NCBI GenBank assembly: GCA_043228905.1
Contig: JBHGNT010000016.1
Coordinates: 558,001 to 622,000, forward strand
Length of the DNA stretch: 64,000 bases
Direction of reading: 5' to 3'
Origin: Azolla caroliniana
Taxonomy: Eukaryota > Plantae > Polypodiophyta
Program-made: the position numbers and the translations under genes
Notes under the pieces: generated by a model
Databases searched by the model: none
The model's input: the letters and a program-made list of their open reading frames with translations, nothing else
What the model was told of the DNA's origin: nothing
In this document: positions 1 through 14,524 of the stretch, piece by piece
Position numbering within the stretch: the stretch's first letter is position 1
Layout: each line of letters opens with the position of its first letter

Positions 1-27
1 GTTCTCAACCCTTGCGCTCTGATACCA

Positions 28-412
28 TGTAGAAAGTAGCGTGCGGAAGCAAGTATAAAGACAGAACAGAAGGAAGAACACTCAGGTTTAATGGAGAGCT
101 TGAGCTTACACAGTATACGCGGGAGAGACCGAGAGAGTGAGAGAGAAGACACCAAAAAAGAATGGGTGTATATTTTCTAAAGAAAAAAAACAACAACCAA
201 CATATATGTGTTCAATGAACACTTTGTACAAGTCCTAGGAGGACTGACTGAAGTACTGACAGTACTTCAATGCTCATTAAGAGCTCTTACACTAATTCCC
301 AAATATATTCCTCACGGAATATCTTTCCTAACGGCCTAACCGATCGGTCCCAACCGATCCGGTCCTCGGCTTCTTCAGCCGATCCGGCCGATGTTGAGCT
401 TGTCTCTCAACA
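28..412 (-). mobile_element. 5' LTR of a Ty1/copia element (same family as element E at 45069-50752); the element body lies left of the window
   Basis: Reverse complement matches the LTR at 45069-45456 (TGTTGAGAGACAAGCT...CTACTTTCTACA). The tRNA-iMet PBS (TGGTATCAGAGCGC on the minus strand) lies at 14-27. The right flank runs directly into satellite sequence. Confidence 0.9.
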
Positions 413-3400
413 CATATCATAGTTAGCTTTGTTAGCTTTGATACGCATGTTTGAACACAAAAATCCGATATTACACAACCCAGGTATGAACCTTTTCATA
501 TACTCACGCACTCTTGTGTACCCTGTGGCCAAACCTTACTTTTTTCTTCATGTCTCTCGCCCTGAGTTTCAATATCATGCTTTTTCAATTCCATATCGGA
601 GCTCTCTTCGTTAGGTTCGATTCTCATGTTTGAACACAAATATCCGATATCACACGACCCAGGTATGAACATTTTCATTTACTCACGCGCTCTTGTCTAC
701 TATATGGCAAAACTATACTTTTTTCTTCATATCTCTCGCCCTGAGTTTCAAAATCATGATTTTTGAATTTCATATTATAGCTAGCTTCGTTAGCTTCGAT
801 CGCATGTTTAAAAACAAAAAATTGATGTCACTTGAACCACGTATGCCCATTTTTATATACTCACGTGCTCTTGTCTACGCCCTCCTCAACCTTGCTTTGT
901 TCTTCATGTCTCTCGTCCATAGTTTCAAAATCATGATTTTTAAATTCCATATCATACCTAGCTTCGTTAGTTTTGATTCACATGTTTGAACACAAAAATC
1001 CAATATCACACGAGCCAAGTATGAACATTTTCATTCACTGACTCAATCTTGTCTATGCCCTCCCCAAGTGTGAAAATCATGATTCGCATGTTTGAACAAG
1101 AAAATGCGATATCACACGAGCCAGGTATGAACATTTTAATTTACTCATGCTCTCTTGTTGACACCCTCCCAAAGTCACTTGAGCCACGTATGCTACTCAC
1201 GTGCTCTTGTCTACGCCCTCGTCAACTATGCTTTTTTCTTCATGTCTCTCGCCCTGATTTTCAAAATCATTGTTTTTCAATTCCATATTATAGCTAGCTT
1301 CGTTAGCTTCGATTCTCATGTTTCAATACAACAATCCGATATCACACGAGCTAGGTATGAACATTTTCATTTACTCACGCGCTCTTGTCTAGGCCCTCCC
1401 CAAGTGCGCAACAATTTTGCTTTTGTCTTCATTTCTCTTTCCCGGAGTCTCAAAATTATGATTTTTTAATTCTATATTATCGCTAGCTTCATTAGCTTCG
1501 ATTCTCACGTTTGAACAAGGAAATCGGATATCACACGAGCCAAGTATGAACCTTTTCATATACTCACGCGTTGTTGTGTATGCCCTCCTCAAGTGTCGCA
1601 CAACTATGCTTTTTTCTTCATGTCTCCCTCCCTAACTTTCAAAATCATGATTTTCCAATTCCATATTATAGCTAGCTTCGTTAGCTTCGATTCGCATGTT
1701 TGAACAATAATATCCGATATCACACGAGCCAGGTATGAACCTTTTCATATAGTCACGCGCTCTTGTCTACGCCCTCCCCAAGTGTGGCACAATTTTTCTT
1801 TCTCCTTCATGTTTCTCTTCTTGAGTTTCAAAATCATTATTTTCCAATTCCATATTATAGCTAGCTTTGTTAGCTTCGATTTGCATGTTTGAAAAGGAAA
1901 ATTCGATATGACACGAACCAGCTAGGAACATTTTCATTCACTCACTTGGTCTGATCTACACCCTCCTCAAGTGTCGCACAACTCTACTTTTTCTTCATGT
2001 CTCCCTCCCTGACTTTCAAAATCATGATTTTCCAATTCTATATTATAGCTAGCTTCGTTTGAATACAAAAGCCCAATATCACACGAGCCAGGTATGAACA
2101 TTTTCATTTACTCATGCGCTCTTGTCTAGGCCCTCCCCAAATGTGCAACAACCTTGCTTTTGTCTTCATGTGTCCTTCCCTGAGTTTCGAAATCATGCTT
2201 GTTTACATCCATATTATAGATACCTTCTTTACCTTCGATTCACATGTTTGAACAAGGAAACCATATTATAACTAGATTTGTTATCTTCGATTCGCATGTT
2301 TGAAAAGGAAAATTCGATATGTCACGAGCCAGCTACAAACATTTTCATTGACTCGCGTGGTCTGGTCTATGCCCTCCCCAAGTGTGGCACAACTTTGCTT
2401 TTTTCTTCATGTCTCTTGCCCTGAGTTTCAAAATCATGATTTTTCAATTTTATATTATAGCTAGCCTCGTTAGCTTCGATTCTCATGTTTGAATACAAAA
2501 ATCCAATATCACACGAGCCAGGTATGAACATTTTCATGCACTCACGCGGTCTGGTCTACGCCCTCCTCAAGTGTGGCACAACTTTGCTTTTTTCTTCATG
2601 TCTCTCTTCTTGAGTTTCAAAATCATGTTTTTACAATTCCATATTATAGCTACCTTTGTTACCTTCGATTTGCATGTTTGAACAAGAAAATATGATATGA
2701 CACGAGCCAGGTTTAAACATTTTCATTTACTCGGGCGCTCTTGTCTACGCCCGCCCCAGGTGTGCAAAATTATTTCTTTTGTCTTCATGTGTGTCTCCCT
2801 GATTTTCAAAATCATTAGTTTTCAATTCCATATTATAGCTAGATTTGTTAGCTTAGATTCGCATGTTTGAAAAGGACAATCCGATATGACGCGAACCAGC
2901 TAGGAACATTTTCATTCACTCACTTGGTCTGATCTACGCCCTCCTCAAGTGTCGCACAAGTCAGATTTTTTCTTCATGTCTGCCTCCCTAAGTTTCAAAA
3001 TCATGATTTTTCAATTCCATATTATGGCTACCTTTGTTACCTTCAATTCGCATGTTTGAACAAGGAAATCCGATAACACATGAGCCAGATATGAACTTTT
3101 TCATTTACTCACGCGCTCTTGTCTACGCCCTCCCCAAGGGTGGCAAAACTTTGCTTTATTCTTCATGTCTCTCGCCCTGAGTTTCAAAATCATGATTTTT
3201 CAATTCCATATTATAGCTTTCCTAGGTTTTAAGATCATGATTTTTCAATTCCATATTATAGCTACCTTCGTTAGCTTCGATTCGCATGTATGAACAAGAA
3301 AATCTGATATTACACGAGCCAGCTAGGAACATTTTCATTTACTCACACGCTTTGGTCCAGGCCCTTCCCAAGTGTGGCACATCTTTCCTTTTTTCTTCAT

Positions 3401-4549
3401 GTTTCTCTGCCTGAGTTTCAAAATCATGATTTCTCAATTCCATATTATAGCTAGATTTGTTATCTTCGATTCGCATGTTTGAAAAGGAAAATCCGATATG
3501 TCACAAGCCAGCTACAAACATTTTCATTCACTCATGCAGTCTAGTCTACACCCTCCCTAAGTTTGGCACAACTTTGCTTTTTTCTTCATGTCTATCGCCC
3601 TGAGTTTCAAAATCATGATTTTTCAATTTCATATTATAGTTAGCCTCGTTATTTTCGATTCTCATGTTTGAATACTAAACTCTAATATCACACGAGCCAT
3701 GTATGAACATTTTCATGCACTCACGCAGTCTAGTCTACGCCCTCCTCAAGTGTCGCACAACACTGCTTTTTTCTTCATGTCTCGCTCCCTGAGTTCCAAA
3801 ATCATGATTTTACAATTCCATATTATAGCTACCTTCCTTAGCTTCGATTCGCATGTTTGGACAACGAAATCCGATAACACACGAGCCAGCTAGAAACGTT
3901 TTCATTTAGTCATGCGTTCTTGTCTGCGCCCTCCCCAAGTGTGGCACAACTTTGCCTTTATCTTCATGTCTCTCTCCCTGGGTTTCAAAATCATGATTTT
4001 ACAAATCCATATTATACCTACCTTCGTTAGCTTCAATTCGCATGTTTGAACAAGGAAATCCCATATCACACGAGCCAGCTAGGAACATTTTCATTTGCTC
4101 TGGTCCACACCCTCCCCAAGTGTGGCACAAGACTACTTTTTTCAATATTTCTCTCGCCTTGAGTTTCGAAATCATGATTTTTCAATTCCATATTACAGCT
4201 AGTTTCGTTATCTTCGATTCTCATGTTTCAATACAAAAATCCGATATCACACGAGCCAGGTATGAACATTTTCATTTACTCACGCACTCTTTTCTACGCC
4301 CACCCCGAGTGTGCAACAAATTTTCTTTTGTATTCATATCTCTCTCCCTGAGTTTCAAAATCATGATTTTTCAATTCCATATTATTGCTACCTTCGTTAT
4401 CTTCGATTCGCATGTTTGAACAAAGAAGTCTAATATCACACGAACCAGCTAAAAACATTTTCATTTATTCAGACGCTCTTGTCTACGCCCTCCCCAAGTG
4501 TGGCACAACTTTGCTTTTCTCTTCATGTCTCTCGCCCTGAATTTCAACA
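413..4549. repeat. 189-bp tandem satellite, subfamily A
   Basis: Recurring monomer GTTTGAACAAGGAAATCCGATATCACACGAGCCAGGTATGAACATTTTC...AGCTTCGATTCGCAT. TCACACGAG recurs at 1531 and 1720, giving a 189-bp period. Some monomers are truncated. Confidence 0.95.
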
Positions 4550-7500
4550 TCAAGAATTTGAACTCGGAAATCTAATATCCTATGGGGACGGTATGAGCTT
4601 TTTGGTTCATGTGGGAGCTCTTCATTGCTCTACATGACTTCTACGAGAACATTACTTTTCAAGAATTTGAACTCGGAAATCCAATATCCTATAAGGACGG
4701 AATGAGCTTTTTGGTTCATGTGGGAGCTCTTCATTGCTCTCCATGACTTCTATGAGAACTTTACTTTTTCCTTCATATCTCTTGGCCTGAATTTCAAAAC
4801 TTAGATTTTATTAATGCATAGTATGACCTACTTTATTGGCTTTCATTCAAGTACTTGAACTCTAAAATCCAATATCATATGAGGACGGTATGAGCGTTTT
4901 GGTTTATGTGGGCACTCTTGTTTGCCCGTGCATAATTTGTACCACAACTTTACTTTTCCCGTCATGTCTCCTTCCCTTAATTTCAAAACTTAGATTTTAT
5001 TAGTTCATATTATAACCTACATTGTTGGCTTCGATTCAAGTATTTGAACTCTAAAATCCAATATCAGAGGACGGTATGAGAGTTTTGGTTCATGTGGGCG
5101 CTCTTGTTTGCCTGGGCATGACATCTCCCACAACTTTACTTTTCCCTTCATGTCTCTTTCCCTTAATTTCAAAGCTTCTATTTTATTAGTTTATTTTATA
5201 ACCTACGTTGTTAGCTTCGATTCAAGAATTTGAACTCGAAAATCTAATCTCCTATGAGGATGGTATGAGCTTTTTGGTTCATGTGGGCGCTCTTGTTTGC
5301 CCTCCATGAATTTTACCACAACTTTACTTTCTCCTTCGTTTCTCTTGGCCTAAATTTCAAAACTTAGATTTTATTAGTGCATAGTATGACCTACTTCTTT
5401 GGCTTTCATTCAAGTACTTGAACTCTAAAATACAATATCATATGAGGACGGTATGAGCGTTTTGGTTCATGTGGGCGCTCTTGTTTGCCCGTGCATGATT
5501 TCTCCCACAACTTTACTTTTTCCGTCATGTCTCCTTCCCTTAATTTCAAAACTTAGATTTTATTAGTTCATATTATAACCTACGTTCTTGGCTTCGATTC
5601 AAGAATTTGAACTCGGAAATCCAATATCCTATGAGAACGGTATGAGCTTTTTGGTTCATGTGGGAGCTCTTCATTGTTCTACATGACTTCTACGTGAACA
5701 TTACTTTTCAAGAATTTGAACTCGGAAATCCAATATCCTATGAGGATGGAATGAGCTTTTTGGTTCATGTGGGAGCTCTTCATTGCTCTCCATGACTTCT
5801 ATGAGAACTTTACTTTTTCCTTCATTTCTCTTGGCCTTAATTTCAAAACTTACATTTTATTAGTGCATATTATGACCTACTTTGCTAGCTGTCATTCAAG
5901 TATTTCAACTCTAGAATCCAATCTAATGTGACGACGGTATGAGCTTTTTGGTTCTTGTAGGTGCTCTTGTTTCCCCGTGCATGACTTCCACCACAACTTT
6001 ACTTTTTCCTTAATGTCTCTTGGCGTGTATTTCAAAACGTTGATTTTATTCGTGGATATTATAACCTACATTGTTGGCTTTGATTCAAGAATATGAACAC
6101 GGAAATCTGATATCTTATGAGGGTGGTATGAACTTTTTGGTTCATGTGGGCACTCTTGGTTGCCCGTGCATGACTTCTACCACAACATTACTTTTTCATT
6201 CATGTCTCATGGCCTGAATTGGAAAACTTAGATTTTATTATGTCATATTATGACGAACATCGTTGGCTTTCATTCAAGTATTTGAACTCTAAAATCCAAT
6301 GTCACATGAGGACAGTATGAGCTTTTTGGTTCATGTGGGCGTTCTTGTTTGCTCATGCATGATTTCTACCACAATTTTACTTTTCCCTTCATGTCTCTTG
6401 CCCTTAATTATAAAACTTAGATTTTAGAAGGGCATATCATATCCTACTTCGTTGGCTTCAATTCAAGCATTTGAACTCTAAAATCCGATATCCTATGAGG
6501 ATGGTATGAGTTTTTGGTTCATCTAGGCACTCTTGGTTGCCCGTGCATGACTTCTACCACCACTTTACTTTTTCCTTTATGTCTCTTGGCCTAAATTTCA
6601 AAACTTTCATTTTATTAGTACATATTATGACCTACTTCGTTGGTTTTCATTCAAGTATTTGAACTCTAAAATCCAATATCCTATGAGGACGGAATGAGCT
6701 TTTTGGTTCATGTGGGAGCTCTTCATTGCTCTCCACGACTTCTATGAGAACTTTACTTTTTCCTTCATTTCTCTTGGCCTTAATTTTCAAACTTAGATTT
6801 TAATAGTGCATATTATGACCTACTTTGTTGGCTGTCATTCAAGTATTTCAACTCTAGAATCTAATCTCATGTGACGACGGTATGAGCTTTTTGGTTTATG
6901 TAGGCACTCTTGTTTCCCCGTGCATGACTTCTACCACAAGTTTACTTTTTCCTTCATTTCTTTTGGCCTAAATTTCAAAACATGGATTTTATTCCTGCAT
7001 ATTATAACCTACATTGTTGGCTTTGATTCAAGAATATGAACACGGAAATCCGATATCCTATGAGCGCGGTATGAACTTTTTGGTTCATGTGGGTGCTCTT
7101 GGTTGCCCGTGCATGACTTCTACCACAACATTACTTTTTCCTTCATGTGTCATGGCCTAAATTTGGAAACTTAGATTTTATTTGGTCATATTATGATCTA
7201 TTTCGTTGGCTTTCATTCAAGTATTTGAACTCTAAAATCCAATATCATCTGAGAACGGTATGACCTTTTTGGTTCATGTGCGCATTCTTGTTTGCCCATG
7301 CATGACTTCTCCCACAACCTTACTTTTCCCTTCAACTCTAGAATCCAATCTCATGTGATGACAGTATGAGCTTTTTGGTTCATGTGGGCGCTCTAGTTTC
7401 CCCGCGCATGACTTCTACCACAACTTTACATTTTCCTTCATGTCTCTCCGCCTAAATGTCAAAACATAGATTTTGTTAGTGCATATTATGACCTACTTCG

Positions 7501-10500
7501 TTGGCTTTCATTCTAGTATTTGAACTCGGAAATCCGATATCCTATGAGGATGGTATGAGCTATTTGGTTCATTTGGGTGCTCTTGGTTGCCCGTGCATGA
7601 TTTCTACCACAACTTTACTTTTTCCTTCATGTCTCTTGGCCTGAATTTCAAAGCTTAGATTTTATTAGTGCATATTATAACCTATGTTGTTGGCTTCGAT
7701 TCTAGAATTTGAACTCGGAAATGTGATATCCTATGAGGATGGTATGAGAGTTTTGGTTCATGTGGGCGCTCATAGTTGCCCGTCCATGACTTCTGCCACA
7801 ACTTTAGTTTTTCCTTCATGTCTTCGACCTGAATTGTAAAATTTTAGTAGTCCATATTATAACCTACTTCGTTGGCTTCAATTCAAAAATTTGAACTCTT
7901 AAATTCAATATCATATGAGGACGGTATGAGCTTTTTGGTTCATGTGGGCGCTCCTGGTTGCCCGTGCATGACTTCTCCCACAACTTTAGTTTTTCCTTCA
8001 TGTATGTTGGCCTAAATTTCAAAACTTAGATTTTATTAGTGCATATTATGAACTACTTCGTTGGCTTTCATTCAAGTATTTGAACTCGTAAATCCAATAT
8101 CCTATGAGGACGGTATGAGCTATTTGGTTCATGTGGGTGCTCTTGGTTGCCCGTGCATGATTTCTACCACAACTTTACTTTTTCCTTCATGTCTCTTGGC
8201 CTGAATTTCAAAGCTTAGATTTTATTAGTGCATATTATAACCTATGTTGTTGGCTTCGATTCTAGAATTTGAACTCGGAAATGTGATATCCTATGAGGAT
8301 GGTATGAGAGTTTTGGTTCATGTGGGCGCTCATAGTTGCCCGTCCATGACTTCTGCCACAACTTTAGTTTTTCCTTCATGTCTTTTGACCTTAATTGTAA
8401 AATTTTAGTAGTGCATATTATAACCTACTTCGTTGGCTTCGATTCAAAAATTTGAACTCTTAAATCCGATATCATATGAGGACGGTATGAGCTTTTTGGT
8501 TCATGTGGGCGTTGTTGTCTGCCCTTGCATGACTTCTACCACAACATCACTTTTTCATTCATGTCTGTTGGCCTCAATTTCTAAAATTATATGTTGTTAG
8601 TGCATATTATGACATACCTTGTTGGCTTCGATTCGAGACTTTGAACTCTGAAATCCGATATCATATGAGAACGGTATGAGATTTTTGGTTCATATGGGCG
8701 CTCTTGTCTGCCCCTGCATGAGTTCTACCACAACTTTACTTGGTCCTTCATATCTGTTGGCCTAAATTTCAAAACTTATATTTTATTAGTTCATATTATA
8801 AAAAACATTGTTTCCATTGATTTAAGAGTTTGAAGTCTGAAGTCCGATATCCTATGAGGACGGTGTGAGCTTTTTGGTTCATGGGGATGCTCTTGTTTGC
8901 CCATGTATGACTTCTACCACAACTTTACTTTTTCCTTCATGTCTCTTTCCCTTAATTTTAAAACTTACATTTTATTAGTTTATATTATAACCTACGTCAT
9001 TGGCTTCGATTCAAGAATTCGAACTCAGAAATCCGATATCCTATGAGGACGGTATGAGCTTTTTGGTTCATGTGGGCACTTTTGTCTGCCCTTGCATGAC
9101 TTCTACCACAACTTCACTTTTTCCTTCATGTCTGTTGGCCTAAATTTCAAAACCTAGATTTTATTAGTTCATATTATAACCGACGATGTTGCCTTCAATT
9201 CAAGAATTTGATCTTGGAAATCCGATATGCTATGAGGACGGTATGGGCTTTTTGGTTCATGTAGGAGCTCTTGTTTGCCCGTGCATGACTTCTACCACAA
9301 CGTTACTTTTTCCTTCATGTTTCTTGGGCTGAATATCAAAACTTAAATGTTATTAGGGCATATTATGACATACTTCTTTGGCTTCGAGTTAAGACTATGA
9401 ACTCTGAAATCCAATATCTTATGAGGACGGTATGAGCTTTTTGGTTCATGTGGGCGCTCTTGTCTGCCCCTGCATGACTTCTACCAAAACTTTACTTTTC
9501 CCTTGATGTCTATTGGCCTAAATTTCAAAACTTATACATTGTTGCCTTCGATTCAAGAATTTGATCTCAGAAATCCGATATCAAATGAGGACGGTGTGAG
9601 CTTTTTGGTTCATGGGGGTGTTCTTGTTTACCCGTGTATGACTTCGACCACAACTTTAGTTTTTCTTCATGTCTCTTGCCTTTAATTTCAAAACTTAAAA
9701 TTTTTAAGTTCATATTATAACTTACGCCGTTGGCTTCAATTCAAGAATTTGAACTCAGAAATCCGATATCCTATGAGGACAGTATGAGCCTTTTCGTTCA
9801 TGTGGGCGCTTTTGGTTGCCCGTGCATGACTTCTGCCACAACTTTACTTTTTCCTTCATGTCTCTTGACCTGAATTTCAAAACTTAGATTTTATTAGGTC
9901 ATATCATAGCCTACTTTGTTGGCTTCGATTCAAATATTTCAATTCTGAAATCTAATCTCATATGAGGACGGTATGAGCTTTTTGGTTCATGTGGGTGCTC
10001 TTGTTTGCCCCTGAATTACTTCTACCACAACTTTACATTTTCCTTTATGTCTATTGGCCTGAATTTTAAAATTTTATTAGTGCATATTATAACTTACTTC
10101 GTTGGCTTCCATTCAAAACTTTGAACTTTGAGATCCGATATCATATGTGGACGGTATGATCTTTTTGGATCATGTGGGTGCTCTTGTTTGCCCCTACTTG
10201 ACTTCTACCACAACTTTACTTTGTTCTTCATGTCTCTTGGCCTGAATATGAAAACTTAGATTTTATTAGTGCATATCATAACCTGCTTAGGTGGCTTCAA
10301 TTTGAGTATTTGAACTCTAAAATCCGATACCATATGAGGATGGTATGAGCTTTTTGGTTCATGTGGGCGCTCTTGTTTGCCCCTCCATGACTACTACCAC
10401 AACTATACTTTTTCTTTCATGTCTCTTGGCCTGAATTTCAAAACTTAGATTTTGAATAGGTCATATCCTAGTCTACATCGTTGTCTTTGATTCAACTATG

Positions 10501-13500
10501 TGACTCTGAAATCCGATATCATATGAGGATGCTATGAGCTTTTTGATTCACGTGACCACTCTTGTTTGCCCCTACATAACTTCTATCACAACTTTAGTTT
10601 TTCCTTCATGTCGCTTGGTCTAAATTTCAAAACATAGATTTTATTAGGTTATAGCATAGCTACTTTGTTGGCTTTGAATCAACTATTTGAACTTTGAAAG
10701 CCGATATCATATGAGGATATTATGAGCTTTTTGATTCATGGGGGTGCTCTTGTTTTCCCCTACATGACTTCTACCACAACTTTATATTTTCCTTCATGTC
10801 TCTTGGCTTGAATTTCAAAACTTCGATATTGGTAGGTCATATCCTACCCTACATCGTTGTCTTCGATTCAACTATGTGAACTCTGAAATCCGATATCATT
10901 TGAGGATGCTATAAGCTTTTTGATTCACGTGACTACTCTTGTTTGCCCCTGCATAACTTCTATCATAACTTTAGTTTTTCCTTCATGTCGTTGGGATGAA
11001 TTTCAAAACTTAGATTTTATTAGGTCAAAGCATGGCTTACTTTGTTGGTTGTGAATCAACTATTTGAACTTTGAAAGCCGATATCATATGAGGACGTTAT
11101 GAGTTTTTTGATTCATGGGGGTGCTCTTGTTTTCCCATGCATGACTTCTACCACAACTTTATATTTTCCTTCATTTCTGTTGGCCTGAATTTCAAAACTT
11201 AGATTTTGATAGGTCAAATCATAGCCTCCTTCGTTGGCTTCGATTCAACTATTTGAACTCAGAAATCCGGTATCATATGACAACGCTATTAGCTTTTTGA
11301 TTGATGTGGGTGCTCTTGTTTGCCCCTCCATGACTTCTACCACAACTTTACATTTTCCTTCATATCTCTTGGCCTGAATTTCGAAAGTTAGATTTGGTAT
11401 ATTAGATCGTAGCCTCCTTCGTTGGCTTCGATTCAACTATTTGAACTATGAAATCCGATATCATATGAGGACGCTATCAGGTTTTTGATTCATGTGGGCG
11501 CTCTTGTTTGACCCTCCATGACTTCTACCACAACTTTACGTTTTCCTTCATTTATCTTGGCCTAAATTTTAAAAGTTAGATTTTATTAGGTCATATCATA
11601 GCCTACTTCGTTACCATTGTTTCAACTACTTGAACTCTAAAATCTAATATCATATGAGGATGCTAGGAGCTTTTTTAGTCATGTGGGTGCTCTTGTTTGC
11701 CCCTGCATTACTTCTACCACACCTTTACATTTTCATTCATATCTTTTAGCCTGAATTTCAAAACATAGATTTTATTAGGTCATATCATAGCCTACTTCTT
11801 TAGCTTTGATTCAACTATTTGAACTTTGAAATCCGATATCGTATGAGGACACTATAAGCTTTTTGATTCGTGCGAGCGTTCTTGTTTGCCCCTGCATGAC
11901 TTCTACCACAACTTTAAATTTTCCTTCATGTCTCTTAGCCTGAATTTCGAAACTTAGATTTTATTAGGTAATATAAAAGCTACTTCGTTGGCATTGATTG
12001 AACTATTTGAACAATGAAATCCGAATGCTTAGAGCCTTTCGATTCACGTGGGCGCTCTTGTTCGCCGCTTCATGACTTCTGCCAAATGATTACTTTTTCC
12101 TTCATGTCTCTTGCCCTGAATTTCAAAACTTAGATTTTATTAGGTCATATCATAGCCTACTTAGGTGGCATTGATTCAACTATTTAAACAATGAAATATG
12201 ATATCATATGAGGATGCTATGAGCTTTTTGATTCACGTGGCCGCTCTTGTTTGCCCCTGCATGACTTCTATCACAACTTTAGTTATTCCTTCATGTATCT
12301 TGGGATGAATTTTAAAACTTAGCTTTTATTAGTTCATATCATAGCCTACCTCATTGGCTTTCATTCAACTATTTCAACAATGAAATCCGATATCATATTT
12401 GGATGCTATGACCTTTTTTATTCAGGTGGGCGCTCTTGTTTGCCCTTGCATGAATTCTACCACAACTTTACTTTTTCCTTCATGTTTCTTGACCTGAATT
12501 TCAAAGTTTAGCTTTAATTAGGTCATACAATAGCCTACTTAGTTGGTATTAATTCAATGATTTGAACTCTTAAATCCAATATCATATGAGGATGCTATGG
12601 GCTTTTTTATTTACATAGCCGCTCTTGATTACCACTGCATGACTTCTACCACCACTTTACATTTTATTAGTTCATATCATAGCCTACTTCCTTGGCTTTG
12701 ATTCAATTATTTGAATTCTGAAATCTGATATGATTTGAGGACGCTATGAGCTTTTTGATTCATGTGGGCACTCTTGTTTGCTGTTCCATGACTTCTACCA
12801 TAACTTTACATTTTCATTCATGTCTCTTGGCCTGATTTTTAAAACTTAGATTTTATTAGGTCATATCATATCCTACTTCATTGGCTTCAATTCAACTATT
12901 TGAATTCTGAAATCTGATATCATATGAGGATGCTATGAACTTTTTGATTTATGTGGGCACTCTTGTTTGCCCCTACATGACTTCTACCATAACTTTACAT
13001 TTTCATTCATGTCTCTTGGCCTAAATTTCAAAACTTAGATTTAGATTGGTCATATCCTAGCCTACTTTTTTCCCTTTGATTCAACTAATTGAACTTTGAA
13101 ATCTGATATCATATGAGGATGCTATGAGCTTTTTGATTCACATGGCCGCTCTTGTTTGCCCCTACATGACTTCTATCACAACTTTAGTTGTTCCTTCATG
13201 TCTCTTGGCCTAAATTTCAAAACTTAGATTTTATTAGGTTATATCATAGCCTACTGCGTTGGCTTTGATTCAACTATTTGAACAATGAAATACAATATCA
13301 TATTAGGATACTATGAGCTTTTTGATTCACGTGGCTGCTCTTGTTTGCCCCTACATGACTTCTACCACAACTTTACTTTTTCCTTCATGTGTCTTGGCCT
13401 GAATTTCAAGACTTAGATTTTATTATGCCATATCATAGCCTACTATGTTGGCTTCGATTCAACTATTTGAACTCTGAAATCGTATATCATATGAGGATGC

Positions 13501-14522
13501 TATGAGCTTTTTGATTCATGGGGGCACTCTTGTTTGCCCATACATGACTTCTACCACAGCTTTACTTTTTCCTTCATGTCTCTTGTCCTGAATTTCAAAA
13601 CTTAGATTTTGATAGGTCATATCATAGCCTACTTTGTTGGCTTTCATTCAACTATTTGAACTCTGAAATCCGATATCATATGAGGACGCTATGAGCTTTT
13701 TGATTCATGTGGGCGCTCTTGTTTGCCCCTACATGACTTCTACCACAACTTTACATTTTCATTCATGTCTTTTGGCCTGAATTTCAAAACATAGATTTTA
13801 TTACGTCATATCATAGCCTCCTTCATTAGCTTTGATTCAACTTTTTGAACTTTGAAATCCAATATCATATGAGGATGCTATGAGCTTTTTGATTCGTGCG
13901 GGCACTCTTGTTTGCCCCTGCATGACTTCTAGCACAACTTTAAATTTTTCTTGAATTTCAAAACTTAGATTTTATTATGTCATATCATAGCCTACTTCAT
14001 TGGCATTGATTCAACTATTTGAATAATGAAATCCAAATGCGTAGAGCTTTTTGATTCACGTGGGCGCTCTTGTTCGCCCCTTCATGACTTCTGCCAAAGG
14101 ATTACTTTTTCCTTCATGTCTCTTGGCCTGAATTTCAAAACTTAGATTTTATTAAGTGATATCATAGCCTACTTAGTTGTCTTTGATTCAACTATTTGAA
14201 CTCTGGAATCCGATATCAGATGACGATGCTATGAGCTTTTTGATTCACGTGGCCACTCTTGTTTGCTCCTACATGACTTCTATCACAACTTTAGTTTTCC
14301 GTTCATGTCTCTTGGCCTGAATTTCAAAACATAGATTTTATTAGGTCATATCATATCTTCCTTCGTTGGCTTTGATTCAACTATTTGAACTCTGAAATCC
14401 AATATCATATGAGGACGCTATGAGCTTTTTGATTGATGGGGGCGTCGTTGTTTGCCCCTGCATGGCTTCTACCACAACTTTAAATTTTCATTCATGTCTC
14501 TTAGCCTGAAGTTCAAAACTTA
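4550..14522. repeat. 189-bp tandem satellite, subfamily B, grading into a further variant after ~10 kb
   Basis: Monomer ATTTGAACTCGGAAATCCGATATCCTATGAGGACGGTATGAGCTTTTTGGTTCATGTGGGCGCTCTTG... TGAACTCGGA recurs at 7521 and 7710 (189 bp). Colinear with subfamily A and in the same orientation, but clearly divergent. Confidence 0.95.
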
Positions 14523-14524
14523 CA

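Noticed and set aside
429-11436. Short ORFs in the satellite; the 189-bp monomer equals 63 codons and could suggest a repeat protein
   Set aside because: Frequent stops and frame-breaking indels in all frames, with no recognisable domain.
413-14522. CRISPR-like repeat-spacer appearance
   Set aside because: The sequence between conserved blocks is homologous from unit to unit rather than unique spacers. The context is eukaryotic and there are no cas genes.
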